Below are positions 38,560-50,885 of a DNA stretch of 64,000 bases, piece by piece. The notes beneath the pieces were generated by a model. It saw only the letters and a list, made by a program, of their open reading frames with translations, did no database searches and was not told where the DNA came from. Source of the DNA: Heterodontus francisci (Eukaryota); assembly GCF_036365525.1 (NCBI RefSeq), contig NC_090412.1:21644029-21708028 (forward strand). The letters are read 5' to 3'. The stretch's first letter is position 1. Every line of letters begins with the position of its first letter. The position numbers and the translations under genes are program-made.

Positions 38560-39290
38560 GACTGGATCATTTGTTTTCAGAGCTGGTTATGGATAAATGT
38601 TGGCAAGACACCAGGAGAATGCCTTGTTCTTCATCAAATAATATTGTGACACCTTTTACATCTACCTGAGGGGGGTGGGAATGGGTGCCCAACTTAATGT
38701 CTCATCCAAGAAACAGCACCTCCAGAAGCGCAGCACTGCCATAATAGATCATGTACTCCAACTCGAGTGAAACTTGCCATAACCTTCTGACTCAGAGACG
38801 AGAGCACTGCCCACTAAGTCAAAGGCCGACACATTGAAACACAGTCTTAAAGGAGAAGAGTGGGGTAGAGGGAGTGCATTCCAGAGTCTGGGGCCTCGGC
38901 AGCCGAAGATACAGTCATCAATGGGGAGGTGGGGTGGAGAAATGAACATAGGGGGCAGGGGAAGAGCAAAACAGAAACTTTGGGGCAGGAGAGATGCTGG
39001 AGCAGATTGGGTGGCGAGAGTCCACAAAGGGATTTAATCAAGTTTGAGAATTTTAAATCTGAGGCACTGGGTTACCAAGAGCAAGGCAGGGCAGCAAGGG
39101 AAGGGCTGACGTTGGGTGAGCAGGACTTGGTGTGGGATGGGATACAGGCAGCAAGTGATGGGATGAGTTGAAGACTACAAAAGGATGCGAACTAGGCCAA
39201 AGGAACATTGGAATAAGTGAAGCCTGAAGGTGGCAAAGCCATGGCTATGGGTTTCAGTAGCAGAGGGTCCACAGGGTTGCTAACCAGGGG
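38560..39290 (-). mobile_element. Decayed Deu-SINE (to ~38830) followed by an L2 fragment
   Basis: ccttctgactcagagacgagagcactg head; gggagtgcattccagagtctggggcctcggcagc L2 motif. Confidence 0.65.
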
Positions 39291-39399
39291 GTGGCTGTAG
39301 ACTTTGACAGTTGGGAAAGGTGCAGCAGCAGAGTATACACAGATCCCAGTCTCCCTGACCGCTTCCTGTGCTGTCACAGGGCAGAGCGATTCATTCCTA

Positions 39400-39975
39400 C
39401 TGTCTCTATTTAAGCAGCTGCCTCGGTGGATGATGCTTCAGCCCGGGCCTGTAGCTCCAGGCCCTGCCGCCTGCCCGCTAGCGCGCACTCCTCCTCTCTG
39501 CCTATCGTCCCCCAGAGCCCGACCCTCGGGCTCCACACCGGAACAGTGTGCTTACCGTGAATATGCTGGCTATAATCCCGAGGCGAACACGCCACCAGAG
39601 CTCGCTCCCTCACGTCAGGGCGCCCCCGACGTGGCAACTGCGCCTGCGCCAACGCTATACACCCACCGCCTGGGCATTGGCACGTGATCAGTGGGCGGGA
39701 CCGACGTTTCCCGCCATCTTAGTACAGGAGCCTGTGAGCGGAACCCCCATTCCATCGCCGGAAACGGGTTGCCCGCCATTTTTGTACAGGAGCCTTTGAT
39801 CGACCCCCCCAACCCTCCAACACAGGAAATTGCGCAGTTCGTCATCTTGGTACAGGAGCATGTGAGCGGAACCCGCTTCCAACACCGGAAACTGAGTTTG
39901 CCACCTTGGTACAGGAATCGTTCATCAGAACTCCCCTCAATACAGGAAATAAGTCCGCCATCTTGGTACAGGCTC
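39400..39975. promoter_or_regulatory. CpG-island promoter of SEC31B
   Basis: High CpG density; TGACGTGA (minus, 39610-39617), GACGTGGC 39628-39635, NRF1-like TGCGCCTGCGC ~39639, CACGTG 39681, GC box 39692, repeated YY1/ETS motifs. Confidence 0.75.
39556..39640 (-). other. SEC31B: Putative non-coding exon 1 of SEC31B (5' end uncertain)
   Basis: Consensus donor ACG|gtaagc at 39556/39555 within the only CpG island between the SEC31B ATG exon and NDUFB8. Confidence 0.55.
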
Positions 39976-40039
39976 ACAGAGTAGCCATATCGACTTAATA
40001 TATCACCTATATAATATAGCCATATCATCTTAACAACGT

Positions 40040-40245
40040 AAGAAATAGGAGCAGGAGATGATATTTGGCCCTTCGAGTCTGCTCCACCATTCATTAAGAA
40101 GGATAATCTTCTACCTCAACTTTCCTCATATCCCTTAACCCCCAAATATCTATCGACCTCTATCCTGAATTTACTCAACCTCTCAGCATCCACAGCTCTC
40201 TGGCGTAGAGAATTCCAAAGATTCACAACTCTTTAAGTGAAGATC
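40040..40245 (-). mobile_element. CR1 3' UTR fragment
   Basis: taagaaataggagcaggag..ggcccttcgagtctgctccaccattca, agagaattccaaagattcac. Confidence 0.8.
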
Positions 40246-41039
40246 TTGGGAAAGGAAAATAAATAACTTTCTTCCCATTTCATTTCTATGCCTAGAATGA
40301 AGTTTCTCTTCCTCTTTCCCAATGCGAGAAAAAGGAACGAAAATTAAAACACCTTTTTCTCTCCAACTGTTGACTGATGATTTTCATCATCTGTATTTGT
40401 CTCGATCATTTGTTAACCTAAGTGCTAATCAACAGTTCCACAGGCATCACTGGTGAATGAACATCCCACTCGATCAATGGGTGAATCTCATTAGTCCCAC
40501 ATGTCTTGTAAACTTTGTCACCATTAGAGCAACTGAATGTATCTACCAACAAATACAGGAATAAGACTTTTCTGCCAAAACAAATCCTCAAAGTACAAGC
40601 TGCAAGTTCACATTCTGACTGTAATATAAAAGCAACTTGAAACCTTGAAGATTCATGTCACACTTTAATGGTTGGAAAATGCTATCTTGCCAGTTATTTG
40701 CAATTATTAAAAATCATACTGACAATAAGCTACTCAGCATCGCTCCATACACGAAATTGAATGCACATTAGATTCTGCCTTTCCCAGCTTAGTAACCACT
40801 TGAAGTCTTCTGTAAGCAGTCAGCATTGCTGCAAATAAACTATCATTGATGAAGGAAACCAGATCACGATTAAATTGCTCAATAGCTTGATTGAGCCACC
40901 TGCCTCAGTGCTGCTCTCCTCTTGTAACATTTTATCCTGGTGGGAGTCTATTGGCTCAACTCAAAATAATCCCAGGTTAATAGCATGCAAGCAGGTGGTC
41001 AAAACATTGTTTCTGCTTGTATTTATATCCTAGGGTCAT

Positions 41040-42505
41040 AAAAGAAGTGACAAGTGAGATAGTTGATGCGTTAGTTTTAATTTTCCAAAATTCCCTAGAT
41101 TCAGGGAAGATTCCGTTAGACTGGAAAATAACTCCTTTATTCAAAAAGGGAGGGTGACAGAAAGTAGGAAACTACAGGCCAGTTAGCTTAACATCTGTCT
41201 TAGGGAAATTATTAGAAGCTATTATAAAAAATGTTATAGCCAGGACACATGGCTTTGTGAAGGGAAATCATGTTTAACCAATTTATTGGAGTTCTTTGAG
41301 GAAGTTACATGTGCTGTGGATAAAGGGGAACTGGTGGATGTACTGTACTTAGGTTTCCAGAAGGCATCTGATAAGGCGCCACATCAAAGGTTACTGCAAA
41401 AAATAAAAGCTCATGGTGTAGGGGGTAACATATCGGCCTGGATAAAAGATTGGCTAGCTAACAGGAAAGAGTAGGCATAAATGGGTCATTTTCTGATTGG
41501 CAAGATGTAACCAGTGGTATGCCATAGGGATCTGTGCTGGGACCTCAACTTTTTACAATTTATATAAATGACTTAGATGAAGGGACCGAAGGTATGGTTG
41601 CTAAATTTGCGGATGACACAAAGATAGGTAAGAAAGTAAGTTGTGAAGAGGACATAAAGAGGCTACAAAGGGATATAGATAGGTTAAGTAAGTGGGCAAA
41701 GACCTGGCAGATGGAGTATACTGTGGAAAAATGTGAAATTGTCCATTTAGGCAGGAAGAATAAAAAAAGCATATTATCTAAATGGTGAGAGATTGCAGAG
41801 CTCTGAGATGCAGAGGGATCTGGGTGTCCTAGTGCATGAATTGCAAAAGGTTAGTATGCAGATACAGCACATAATTAGAAAAGCGAATGGAATGTCATCG
41901 TTGATTGCGAGGGGAATTGAATACAAAAGGAGGTTATGCTTCAACTATACAAGACCACATCTGGAGTACTGTGTACAGTATTGGTCTCCTTCTTTAAGGA
42001 AGGATGTAAATGCACTGGAAGCAGTTCAGAGAAGGTTTACTAGACTAATTCCTGGAAAGGGCGGACTATCTTATGAGGAAAGATTGGACAGGCTAGGTTT
42101 GTATCGCTGGAATTTAGAAGACTAAGAGGCGACTTGATTGAAACATACAAGATCCTAAGGGGTCTTGACAGGATGGATGTGGAAAGGATGTTTCCCCTTG
42201 TGGGAGAATCGAGAACCAGGGGTCACTGTTTAAAAATAAAGGGTCACCCATTTAAGTCAGAGATGAGGAGAATTTTTTTTCTCTCAGAAGGTCATGAGTC
42301 TTTGGAATTCTCTTCCTCAAAGGGTGGTGGAAACAGAGTCTGTGAATATTTTTAAGGCAGAGGTAGATAGATTCTTGATAAGCAAGGGGGTGAAAGGTTA
42401 TTGGGGGTAGGTGGGAATGTGGAATAATCAGGTCAGCCATGAACTTATTGAATGGCGGAACAGACCCAAGGGGCCGAGTTGCCTACTCCTGCGCCTAATT
42501 TGTAT
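41040..42505 (+). mobile_element. 5'-truncated CR1/HER1 LINE with broken RT
   Basis: EFFEEVT, LGPQLFTIYINDLD, KFADDTK, PHLEYCVQYWSP, RGHCLKI. Confidence 0.95.
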
Positions 42506-43458
42506 GTTATATTGCGCCTTTAGCACAGTAAAACAGCCCAAGGCACTTCACAGGAGTTTTATCAAACAAAATTTGACACTGAGCCACATGAGATATTGGG
42601 GCTTATGACCAGCAAGTGTGGTGGAGAGATTTAGGGAGAGAATTCCAGAGCTTCCAGTTGACCAACTGTGAAAATAGAATTAATACAATTTCTAGGCATT
42701 CCTTCAAGTCTCCTGATGGGTTGAAATATCATATTACTAAAAAGAAACAAATGACAGTCCAGTAATTTCGCGCTATTTTCCCAGATTTCTTAAAATGTAT
42801 TTAAGCTCAAACTACTTTCGGACATTTAATGATCTAGGTGAAGAACTAAGATTACCACTCAAAGCTGCTTGAAAAAGAGTGAGCAATTTGATTGGTTAGT
42901 TTGTTATCTAGTGGTCAAATTTTGTTTGATATCGTTCCTGTGAAGTGACTTAGGACATTTTACTACATTAAAGGTGCTATATAAATCCAAGTTGAATTTG
43001 TTGGTTCCCAATAGCTGAAACAGCTTCTTACCCTTGGAAATGGAAATATTCAAAGCGATGTAGCCAAACTATATTCACAAATAATTTTTCACTGCAACTA
43101 AAATCTTGAGATCCAGTTGCAAGCTGCAGCTGAGGACAATGGTATGCTGCCTCTGAGAAAGCAAGAAAAACTGTTTGACATGGTAATTAATTAGAAAAGG
43201 TGGTGAGATACATGGGGAATATGGCGACACAATGTGTCCATAGCAACACTTCCAGACTAACGTGGCTAATAGAGGTTATGACTCAAACATTGAATGCAAC
43301 CATCTGCTATTAAAACAAAATCTATTTTGGTTGCTAGCTTGAACTCCACAAAGGAAGAGTGGTACAAAACCTTAGGTAGCAGGTTTGATTCTTTAGTATT
43401 GTCTATCACTTTCTTCTACTATAGCTGTTGGGGTAATCCTCCAAAGACTTGGTAGATT

Positions 43459-43510
43459 TTTATTTTCCATAAATATGATGGCAGTCATTTTATTAATATT
43501 GTTATTTATT
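43459..43510 (-). terminator. Cluster of AATAAA polyadenylation signals for NDUFB8
   Basis: Plus-strand tttatt at 43459, 43489 and 43505, 80-130 nt after the NDUFB8 stop. Confidence 0.6.
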
Positions 43511-43586
43511 ATATTGTTCACTGTACAGAATAAGAGGCCATTTCCAAAATGATTTGCACCCGACAATCAGCCACAGAAAGCTGCAG

Positions 43587-43679
43587 TCATATTTTATAAT
43601 TGTTCACTTCGGGAAGCTCGTTGTCAGGTGCTCCTCCATTCTCCAGGTACAGGTTATTGTAGGGATACTGTTTAGGAGC
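43587..43679 (-). CDS. NDUFB8: NDUFB8 exon 5 (APKQYPYNNLYLENGGAPDNELPEVNNYKI*)
   Basis: ttgcag acceptor, TGA stop at 43587-43589; PKQYPYNNLYLE motif. Confidence 0.96.
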   Translation of the reverse strand, partial: APKQYPYNNLYLENGGAPDNELPEVNNYKI

Positions 43680-43842
43680 CTGCAAAGAGAATTAAAGCTG
43701 AAATATCAGTCAAGACAACTTACCCCACTCTCCCACCACCTTTGAATTTTTCTCTCCTATCCAATGGCTCCTCTCCTGATTCTCAACAATTTATGCATGA
43801 GCCTCAACAGTGAGTGTTAGCAGATTATTCAACTGGAAGAGG

Positions 43843-44050
43843 TGGGGCTGGGTTTTAAATCCCCTCCGCTGCCGGGAACGGTGGCGAGGAGGCAATGAAG
43901 ATCAGTACGGCAGAGGCCCGCCACGGACCCCAACGGCGGTAGGCCCCGTACCAATCTCGGTGGCGGCGGCAAGGCCTCATGGTGGCCGCCCCGCCGCTCT
44001 GCGACGAGACCCACATTAAAATATGTTAATGCCTACTTACCATGTAGGCT
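43843..44050 (+). mobile_element. CpG-rich terminal fragment of a probable non-autonomous DNA transposon
   Basis: Starts ggggctgggttttaaat as an abrupt GC island; similar start ggggctggaatttt at 44247; family not established. Confidence 0.35.
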
Positions 44051-45469
44051 GCAGCGATTCAGTCACCATGTTCCAATCTTCTTCCTTACTCCCATGACCA
44101 ATAAAGCCAACTGTAGTGCCCGTATTCCTGCACTGACTTGAGATCAGCTGACTTAGCATAGACCAGAAATTGAACCTTTGACATCCTAGTCCTATAGCTC
44201 CAATGAATGAATGTACAAAGGCTTTCAGCTAAATATTACATTATGAGGGGCTGGAATTTTCTGGAGCAGGGCACCAGTTAATTAGATTTTTTTCTGCAAG
44301 CTTGAGCTCAAATATTTTTTGTCCAATACGTTGCTGGAGGTGCAAGCTGATAATACAACAAGAGGAACAGGGCTCCTTAACCAATAAGATAAGATTTAAG
44401 GACTGAGCAATAAACAGAGGAAGGAATGAGAAGTGGGTGAATTAGAGAGTATATTTGATGTCAAATCTGGTAGAGAAAGAGAAATAAAGAGGGGGAAAGA
44501 AAGATTGAATTGAGAGAGATAAAAAAAAGACAGGAAGGAAAAGAAAAACAATTTTAAATTTGACATTTTTAAAATCTCAAAATGTTCGCTGCCTGAAGGA
44601 ATGAGACCCCACACTTTTAATTGTAACTTTCTGGACCATTGAGATTGATTAGCAGTAATTAACAATTACCACATTGTTAAAAGGATATTTGCACTATTAA
44701 TTACCAGACTGAACTGTATGGTGGGTTTAATGGGAAATTAATATGCAAATACAGCAACTTCATGAATCTCACAAGGATGTTAAGGACGAGATGCTAACAG
44801 CAGAGCAGCGCAAACCGTCCAGCAATTTGTTGTGATTTACAATTCATGGCGACCTCTTCCTCCTACGAGTCACTGGCCGATTTACATATTAATAACAGTG
44901 GGCACCATTCACACACTTATTCTTTCATTAAATTCCTAATATCTTACATGAATGATTTGACAATCAATCAAGAAAGCTAAGTTCTACAGTTCTAATCAAA
45001 TCAAATGCCATTTCTAATCAAAGAGCTTTTTAATGCCCGAGTGAATTTCAAGTATGCAGATATTATTCCAACTGTGGCAGGATATATAAATAAGGGAATG
45101 CTCCTGCACAACAATTTGCACTTAGATAGCCCCTTTAATGTAGAAATATCCAAAGGCACTTCACTGAAGCATGGCAAAGAATGGTGCCAAGCCAAAGGAG
45201 GGCTGAGTCAAAGATGTGGAATTTAATGGAGCATCTGAAAGGAGGTGCGGGTTGTGCAGATGTTTGGGGAAGTAATTCCAGAGCATATGGCTTCAGCAGC
45301 TGATGGTAAGGCCATCAATGGTGGGATTGGGAGTGGGGATTATGAAAAACTCTAGCTTTGGAGGAGTGCAGAGCTCTGGCAGATTTGTAGGACTGGAGGA
45401 GGTTACAAGAATAGGGAGAAACAAAGCCATGCAGTGATTTAAACATGAGGATGAGAATTTTAAATCCGA

Positions 45470-46262
45470 CAGCCTGGGCTGATAAGTGGCAAGCTGCATT
45501 CGTGCCAGGCAATGATCTCCAACAAGAGAGAATCTAACCATCTTCCCTTGACATTCAATGGCATTACCTTCACTGAATCCCCCGTTATCAACATCCTGGA
45601 GGTTAACATTTACCAGGAATTGAAATGGACCAGCCATATAAGTACTGTGGCTACAACAGCAGGTCAGTGACTGGGAATTCTGCGGCGATTAACTCACATG
45701 CTGACTCCTCAAAGTCTGTCCACCAAGGCACAAATCAGGAGTGTGATGGAAGTCTCTCCACTTGCCTGGTTGAGTGCCGCTCCAACAATGCTCAAGAAGC
45801 TTGACAACATCCAAGACAACGCAGCCTGCTTGTTTGGCACCCCATCCACCACCTTCAACATTCACACCCTCCGCTACTAATGCACAGTGGCAGCAGTGTG
45901 TACTATATAAGATGCACTGCAGCAACTCACCAAGGCTCCTTCGACAGTACCTTCCAAACCCACAACCTCTACCACCTAGAAGGACATGAGCAGCAGATGC
46001 ATGGGAACACCATCACCTGCAAGTTCCTCTCAAAGCCACACACCATCCTGACTTCGAACTATATCGTCGTTCCTTCACTGTCACTGTGTCAAAATCCTGG
46101 AACTCCCTCCCTAACAGCACTGTGGGTGTACCTGCACCACATGGACTGCAAAGGTTCACGAAGGCAACTCATCACCACCTTCTCAAGGGCAGTTAGCGAT
46201 GGGCAATAAATGTTGGCTTAGCTAGCGATGCCCACATCCCGTGAAAGAATATTAAAAAAAAC
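45470..46262 (+). mobile_element. CR1/L2-group LINE 3' fragment
   Basis: KAQIRSVMEVSPLAWLSAAPTMLKKLDNIQD; tail gatgggcaataaatg..cccacatccc. Confidence 0.85.
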
Positions 46263-46744
46263 ATGCGAGTTGGAACCAATGTAGGTCACCAAGAACGGGA
46301 GTGATTAGTGAGTGGGGCTTGATGCAAGATAGGCCACAGAGCTGGATAAATGGAAAAGTATGGACAGCAGAGAATGGGAGGTCAGCCAGGACAGAATTGG
46401 AATGGTCGAGTCTGGAAATGACAAAAGGCATGGAGGAGGGTTTCAGCAGTAGGTGGGCTAAGGCAGGGAGGAGGTAGATGTCATGGAGGTGGAAGTATGC
46501 AGTCTTTGTTAGAGGAAACAGGGACAGAAGCTCAGGCCGGGGTTCAATATGATGCCACAGTTGCGAAGTCTTGTTGAACCAAGACAGTGGCCAGGAATGG
46601 GAATGGAGTTGATAGTAAGGCTACAGAGTTTGTGAGGGCTTTGAAGACAATGGTTTTGGTCTTCCCAATGTTTAATTGGAAGAAATTGCGGCTCGTCCAG
46701 GACTGGATGTCAGACAACAAAGAAGCAGTGGAGAGATAGAGACA

Positions 46745-46983
46745 AAAACAAGAAATGCTGGAACCACTCAGCAGGTCTGGCAGCATCTGTGAAAAGAGAA
46801 GCAGAGTTAACGTTTCGGGTCAGTGACCCTTCTTCGGAAGTGTTCCAGTTCCGAAGAAGGGTCACTGACCCGAAACGTTAACTCTGCTTCCCTTTCACAG
46901 ATGCTGCCAGACCTGCTGAGTGGTTCCAGCATTTCTTGTTTTTATTTCAGATTTCCAGCATCCGCAGTATTTTGCTTTTATTT
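46745..46983. mobile_element. Minimal Penelope-derived fold-back insertion with a 12-bp TSD
   Basis: ~95-bp inverted arms, 9-nt loop; gagatagagaca at 46733-46744 and 46984-46995. Confidence 0.9.
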
Positions 46984-47899
46984 GAGATAGAGACAGTTGG
47001 TGGAGATGTAGAGCTGGACGTCCTCAGTGTACATGTAGAATGTGACGCCTTGTCTTTATATTACGTCACCAAGAGGCGGCATGTAGCTGAGGAAGACAAG
47101 TGGACAAAGATATATCCTTGAGGACTCCAGGGCTAAACAGTGCAGGGGCATTTTGATGCACATTGTCCATGCTAACATATAAAGTTTCCCATGAAAATCA
47201 TACCGCTGCATGAATTTTGAGGCAAAGGGGAAAGAAAGTAAAAGGACCTTTAATTTTGGGATCAGGGAGGGTGGGACAATAAGTGTGTGAAACGTGGGTC
47301 TCACTGCGCAGGCAGATACCCCGATGCAAATCTGCCAGATTTCAATAATACTCTTCAAATTCCTTCTATTCTCTCAATAGTGTGCAACTTACTTAGAAAT
47401 GATTACATATATTAATTAGTTTTAGTTTAGAGATATAGCACTGAAATTGGCTTTCCTTTTTTGCTTCTGTTTTGATTATTGCTGCCTGTTGGTCTTGTAA
47501 GTCATTTTAAATAGTATGGTTCACATGTGCATTCATGGCCATCTGTGTGTGTGCATGCACGTGCGTGTAAAATGAGTACTCAATAAAACTATTGTGGAGC
47601 TATCGGAGGATGAGAATTCCTAAGAAGAATGTCTTAGTTTTGAGAAACCGCTGAAGAGTTGGAACCAATGGTAAAGGATGCCGCCAAGGTTTGAGAGTAG
47701 TAAACAAGGTAAGTCAAGATGTAGTAGTAGATAACATCAAGTTTGGGTTTCAAAAGCCTGAAGGTTGTTAAGAAAAGCAACCATTGAAAGAGTTAAGGGA
47801 TTGAAGGTCCTGGAAAAGAATGGATGATAGCAAGAGACGGTGAGGCACTGCAAGAAAAAACTTTTTTTTTCCTTCTCAGGTGTTAAGGGTTGCAAGCTT

Positions 47900-50310
47900 C
47901 AACAATGCTTGGATACGAAAGCCCCTCCAGATCCTTCTTCCCCTTCACTTTCCTCTGACTCCACCCTCATACCAATCACACCCTTTGCCATGATTTTATG
48001 ATCCCATTTAACTTTTCCCTCTCTGATCTCAAATGATCATTCCACAGCAGTCCTCAGCTTCATTCCCTTATGCCCCCACCTGAATGAATTTCAAACTCGG
48101 CAAAACGATAAGCTCTCCTTCCGTTGCCTTTGTCTCTACACCCACTTTTTGACCCGGACCCCTCCCTCTGAACTTCTACTCTCTCTAGATCTTTTCATTG
48201 GGAACTGCCCGCATGACATCGGCCACTTCAATTTTTCTACTGTGCTCACTCACTCTAACTAACTCCCAGTGAACTTGCAGCACTCACTCTCAGGTCCAAC
48301 CCCAACACTGTCGTTACATTTGCTGACAAGAGTGGCACTGTTATTGTTTGGCAAACCGAGAAACTCCTCCCACCTCCCCCATGAACATGATCCCGCTACT
48401 GAACATCAAGGTATCATTTTCCATAACGTCACTGACCTCATGTCCTCTGGAAATCTTCCTTCCACGGCCTCCAACCTCAGTCACCCAACCCCGCATGACC
48501 CAGTTCTACCTCCATCCCAAGATTCACAAACAGGACTACCCTGGTGGAGCCATCATTTCAGCCTCTTCTTGCCCATAGCTAGTTACTATCTGAACATTGT
48601 TTTTTCTCCCCTAGTCCAGTCTCTTCCTATCTTCATACGCAAATCTTCTGACACCCTCCAACACTTTTTAAACAGTTTCCAGTTTGCTGGTCCTAACCAT
48701 CTTCTCACCAAGGACATCGAATCCCTCTGCACCTCCATCCCCACTAGGACGGCCCGAGCGCCCTCCACTTCTTCCTTGAATAGAGGTCCAAACAGTTCCC
48801 ATCCACCATCATCCTTCTCTGCCTGGTTGAATTTGTTATCACTGAACAACTCCTTTGACCCCACTCACTTGCTCCAAATAAAAGGTGTTGCTATAGGAAC
48901 CTGTATGGGTCCTAGCTATGCCGGTCTTTTTGTGGGATATGTGGAACATTCTTTGTTCCTCTCCAACTCAGGTCCCCTTCCTCACCATTTTCTCTCAAGT
49001 ACATTGATGACTGTATCGGTGCAGTTTCCTGCTCTTGCCCCAAAGTGGAAAAGTTCATCAACTTTGCTTCCAACTTCCACCCTTCCTTCACCTTCACATG
49101 GCCCATCTCTGACTCTTTCCTTCCTTTCCTCAACTTCACTATCTCCATTTCTGGGGATAGGCTGTCAAATAATATCTCCTTTAAGCCCATTCAACCCACA
49201 GCTATCTTGATTATCCTTCCTCCCACCCAACTTTCTGTAAGGGCTCTATTCCATTCTCCAAGTTTCTCCATCTCATCTGCTCTGACAATGCCAATTTCCA
49301 TGTCAGGGCTTCCAACATGTCTTCCATTTTCCTCAACCTCCTTCACGGTTGACAGGGCTTTTGACCATACCATCCCATTTCCTGCATTTCTGCCGTTACT
49401 CCTTCTCTTCCTTCCCCAGAACTACGATAGGGTTCCCTTTGTCCTCAGCCTCCACATTCAACAGATCATCCCCACCGCCAACACCAAAGACCCTCCCCTC
49501 CACTTTCAGCATTCCGAAGAGATTGTTCCCTCTGCGACACCCTGGTTCACTCTTGAATCACCCTCAACACCCCCTCCCCTTCAGACGGCACCTTACTGTG
49601 CAAGCACAAGAGATGCAACACAAGCCCTTTTATCCCATACCTTCCCCAAATACTCCTTCCAGGAGAAAACAGCGATTTACTTGTACTTCTTTCATTTTAG
49701 TGCACTCTAGTCACTTGAGGAGACCAAACACAGATTGGGCAATCAGTTTGCAGAACACCTCAGTACAGTCTGCATGGCCCTGAAATTCTGTTCGCCTGTC
49801 ATTTTTGGTCTCCACCCCAGTCCCACTCTATCCTTGGCCCGCTTCATGTTCAAATGAAGATCAATGGAAACTTGAGGAACAACTCATCTTTCAATTAAGC
49901 ACTTTATAACCTTCTGAATGCAACATTGATTTCAACAATATAGTTCTAATTTTTTCAGGCAACTGCTTTTGTAATGATTCTACTATTGCCATTCACACCT
50001 CCTCCAGGCACATCTTTGTTTCTTTAGTTGTCCCATTAACATCTCCTTTTGCCTTGTACCATCATCCCTTTTGCCATTTAATCTCTCCTGCCTTCCACCC
50101 TATATCAGACCTTCCCTTTTATACTTTCCTTTCGCTGCCTCTGTAATAGTTCAAAACTGTTACATCGCTAACGATTTCCAGAACTGATGAAAGGTCATCA
50201 ACCTGAAACATTAACTCTGTTTCTCTCTCCACAGGCGCTGCCTGGCCTGCTGAGTATTTCCGGTATTCTCTGCTGTTATTTCAGATTTCCAGCATCCACA
50301 GTATTTTGCT
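47900..50310 (+). mobile_element. Decayed Penelope-like retroelement (RT and GIY-YIG remnants, 3' terminal repeat)
   Basis: FYLHPKIHK, QIKGVAIGTCMGPSYAGLFVG, YIDD, FINFASNFHPS..FTW, ETKHRLGNQFAEHL. Confidence 0.88.
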
Positions 50311-50885
50311 TGTGTGTGACTGTGAGTTGCGTTGATTTCAACACAACATGGATACAGTGAAATGAAAAATAATCTAGGGTGCTGTATCTCCAGCTTTAAA
50401 AGAATGGAGGAAGTTGAGAGGAGCACTGACTATAGTGACATCAATAAGGCAGAATTAGGGTATAATGAGAGATTAACTAGGCATAAAGGTTTGAATTTAG
50501 GTTACAGAGGTGACCAGGTCACCCAGCCTGTGTCCACTCTAGTTAGTCTCCTAAAACTTCAATACTTTTAGGTTTTCTGGTAATCACTATTTACCCCAAG
50601 TAAAAAAATAAATCTCAGCCATATTTCCTAACATTTGAGTATCAGATTACCTGGTCATTACAGATACATGTTGCTAATGTTTTTGGGCTCCTTTACTCTA
50701 GATTTATTTTGCTTCTCTGTCTCTGACAACTCTCACAGGTGAGCAGTGTTCCAAAGTGTGTTTTCACTTGTACAAATATCTAAGTAATTTTGTAGGGTGC
50801 CCAAAGAACCTGCTTCAATTAATTTCTGCTGCTGGCTTTATCACATCTTACCCGATTCCTCGTTGTTTTTGGAAGGCAACAGAAT

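Larger units (their letters stand above)
45110..47130 (-). mobile_element. Old L2 LINE interrupted by two younger insertions
   Basis: FKILILMFKSLHG (45.4 kb) and LSDIQSWTSRNFFQLNIGKT (46.7 kb) L2 motifs are collinear across the inserts. Confidence 0.75.

Noticed and set aside
44035-44052. 8-nt AG..GT segment (cag|CCTACATG|gtaagt) in NDUFB8 intron 4
   Set aside because: No pyrimidine tract, frame-shifting, and at the edge of a repeat fragment
48269-49783. 313-, 221- and 144-aa ORFs
   Set aside because: Frameshifted pieces of a decayed Penelope RT
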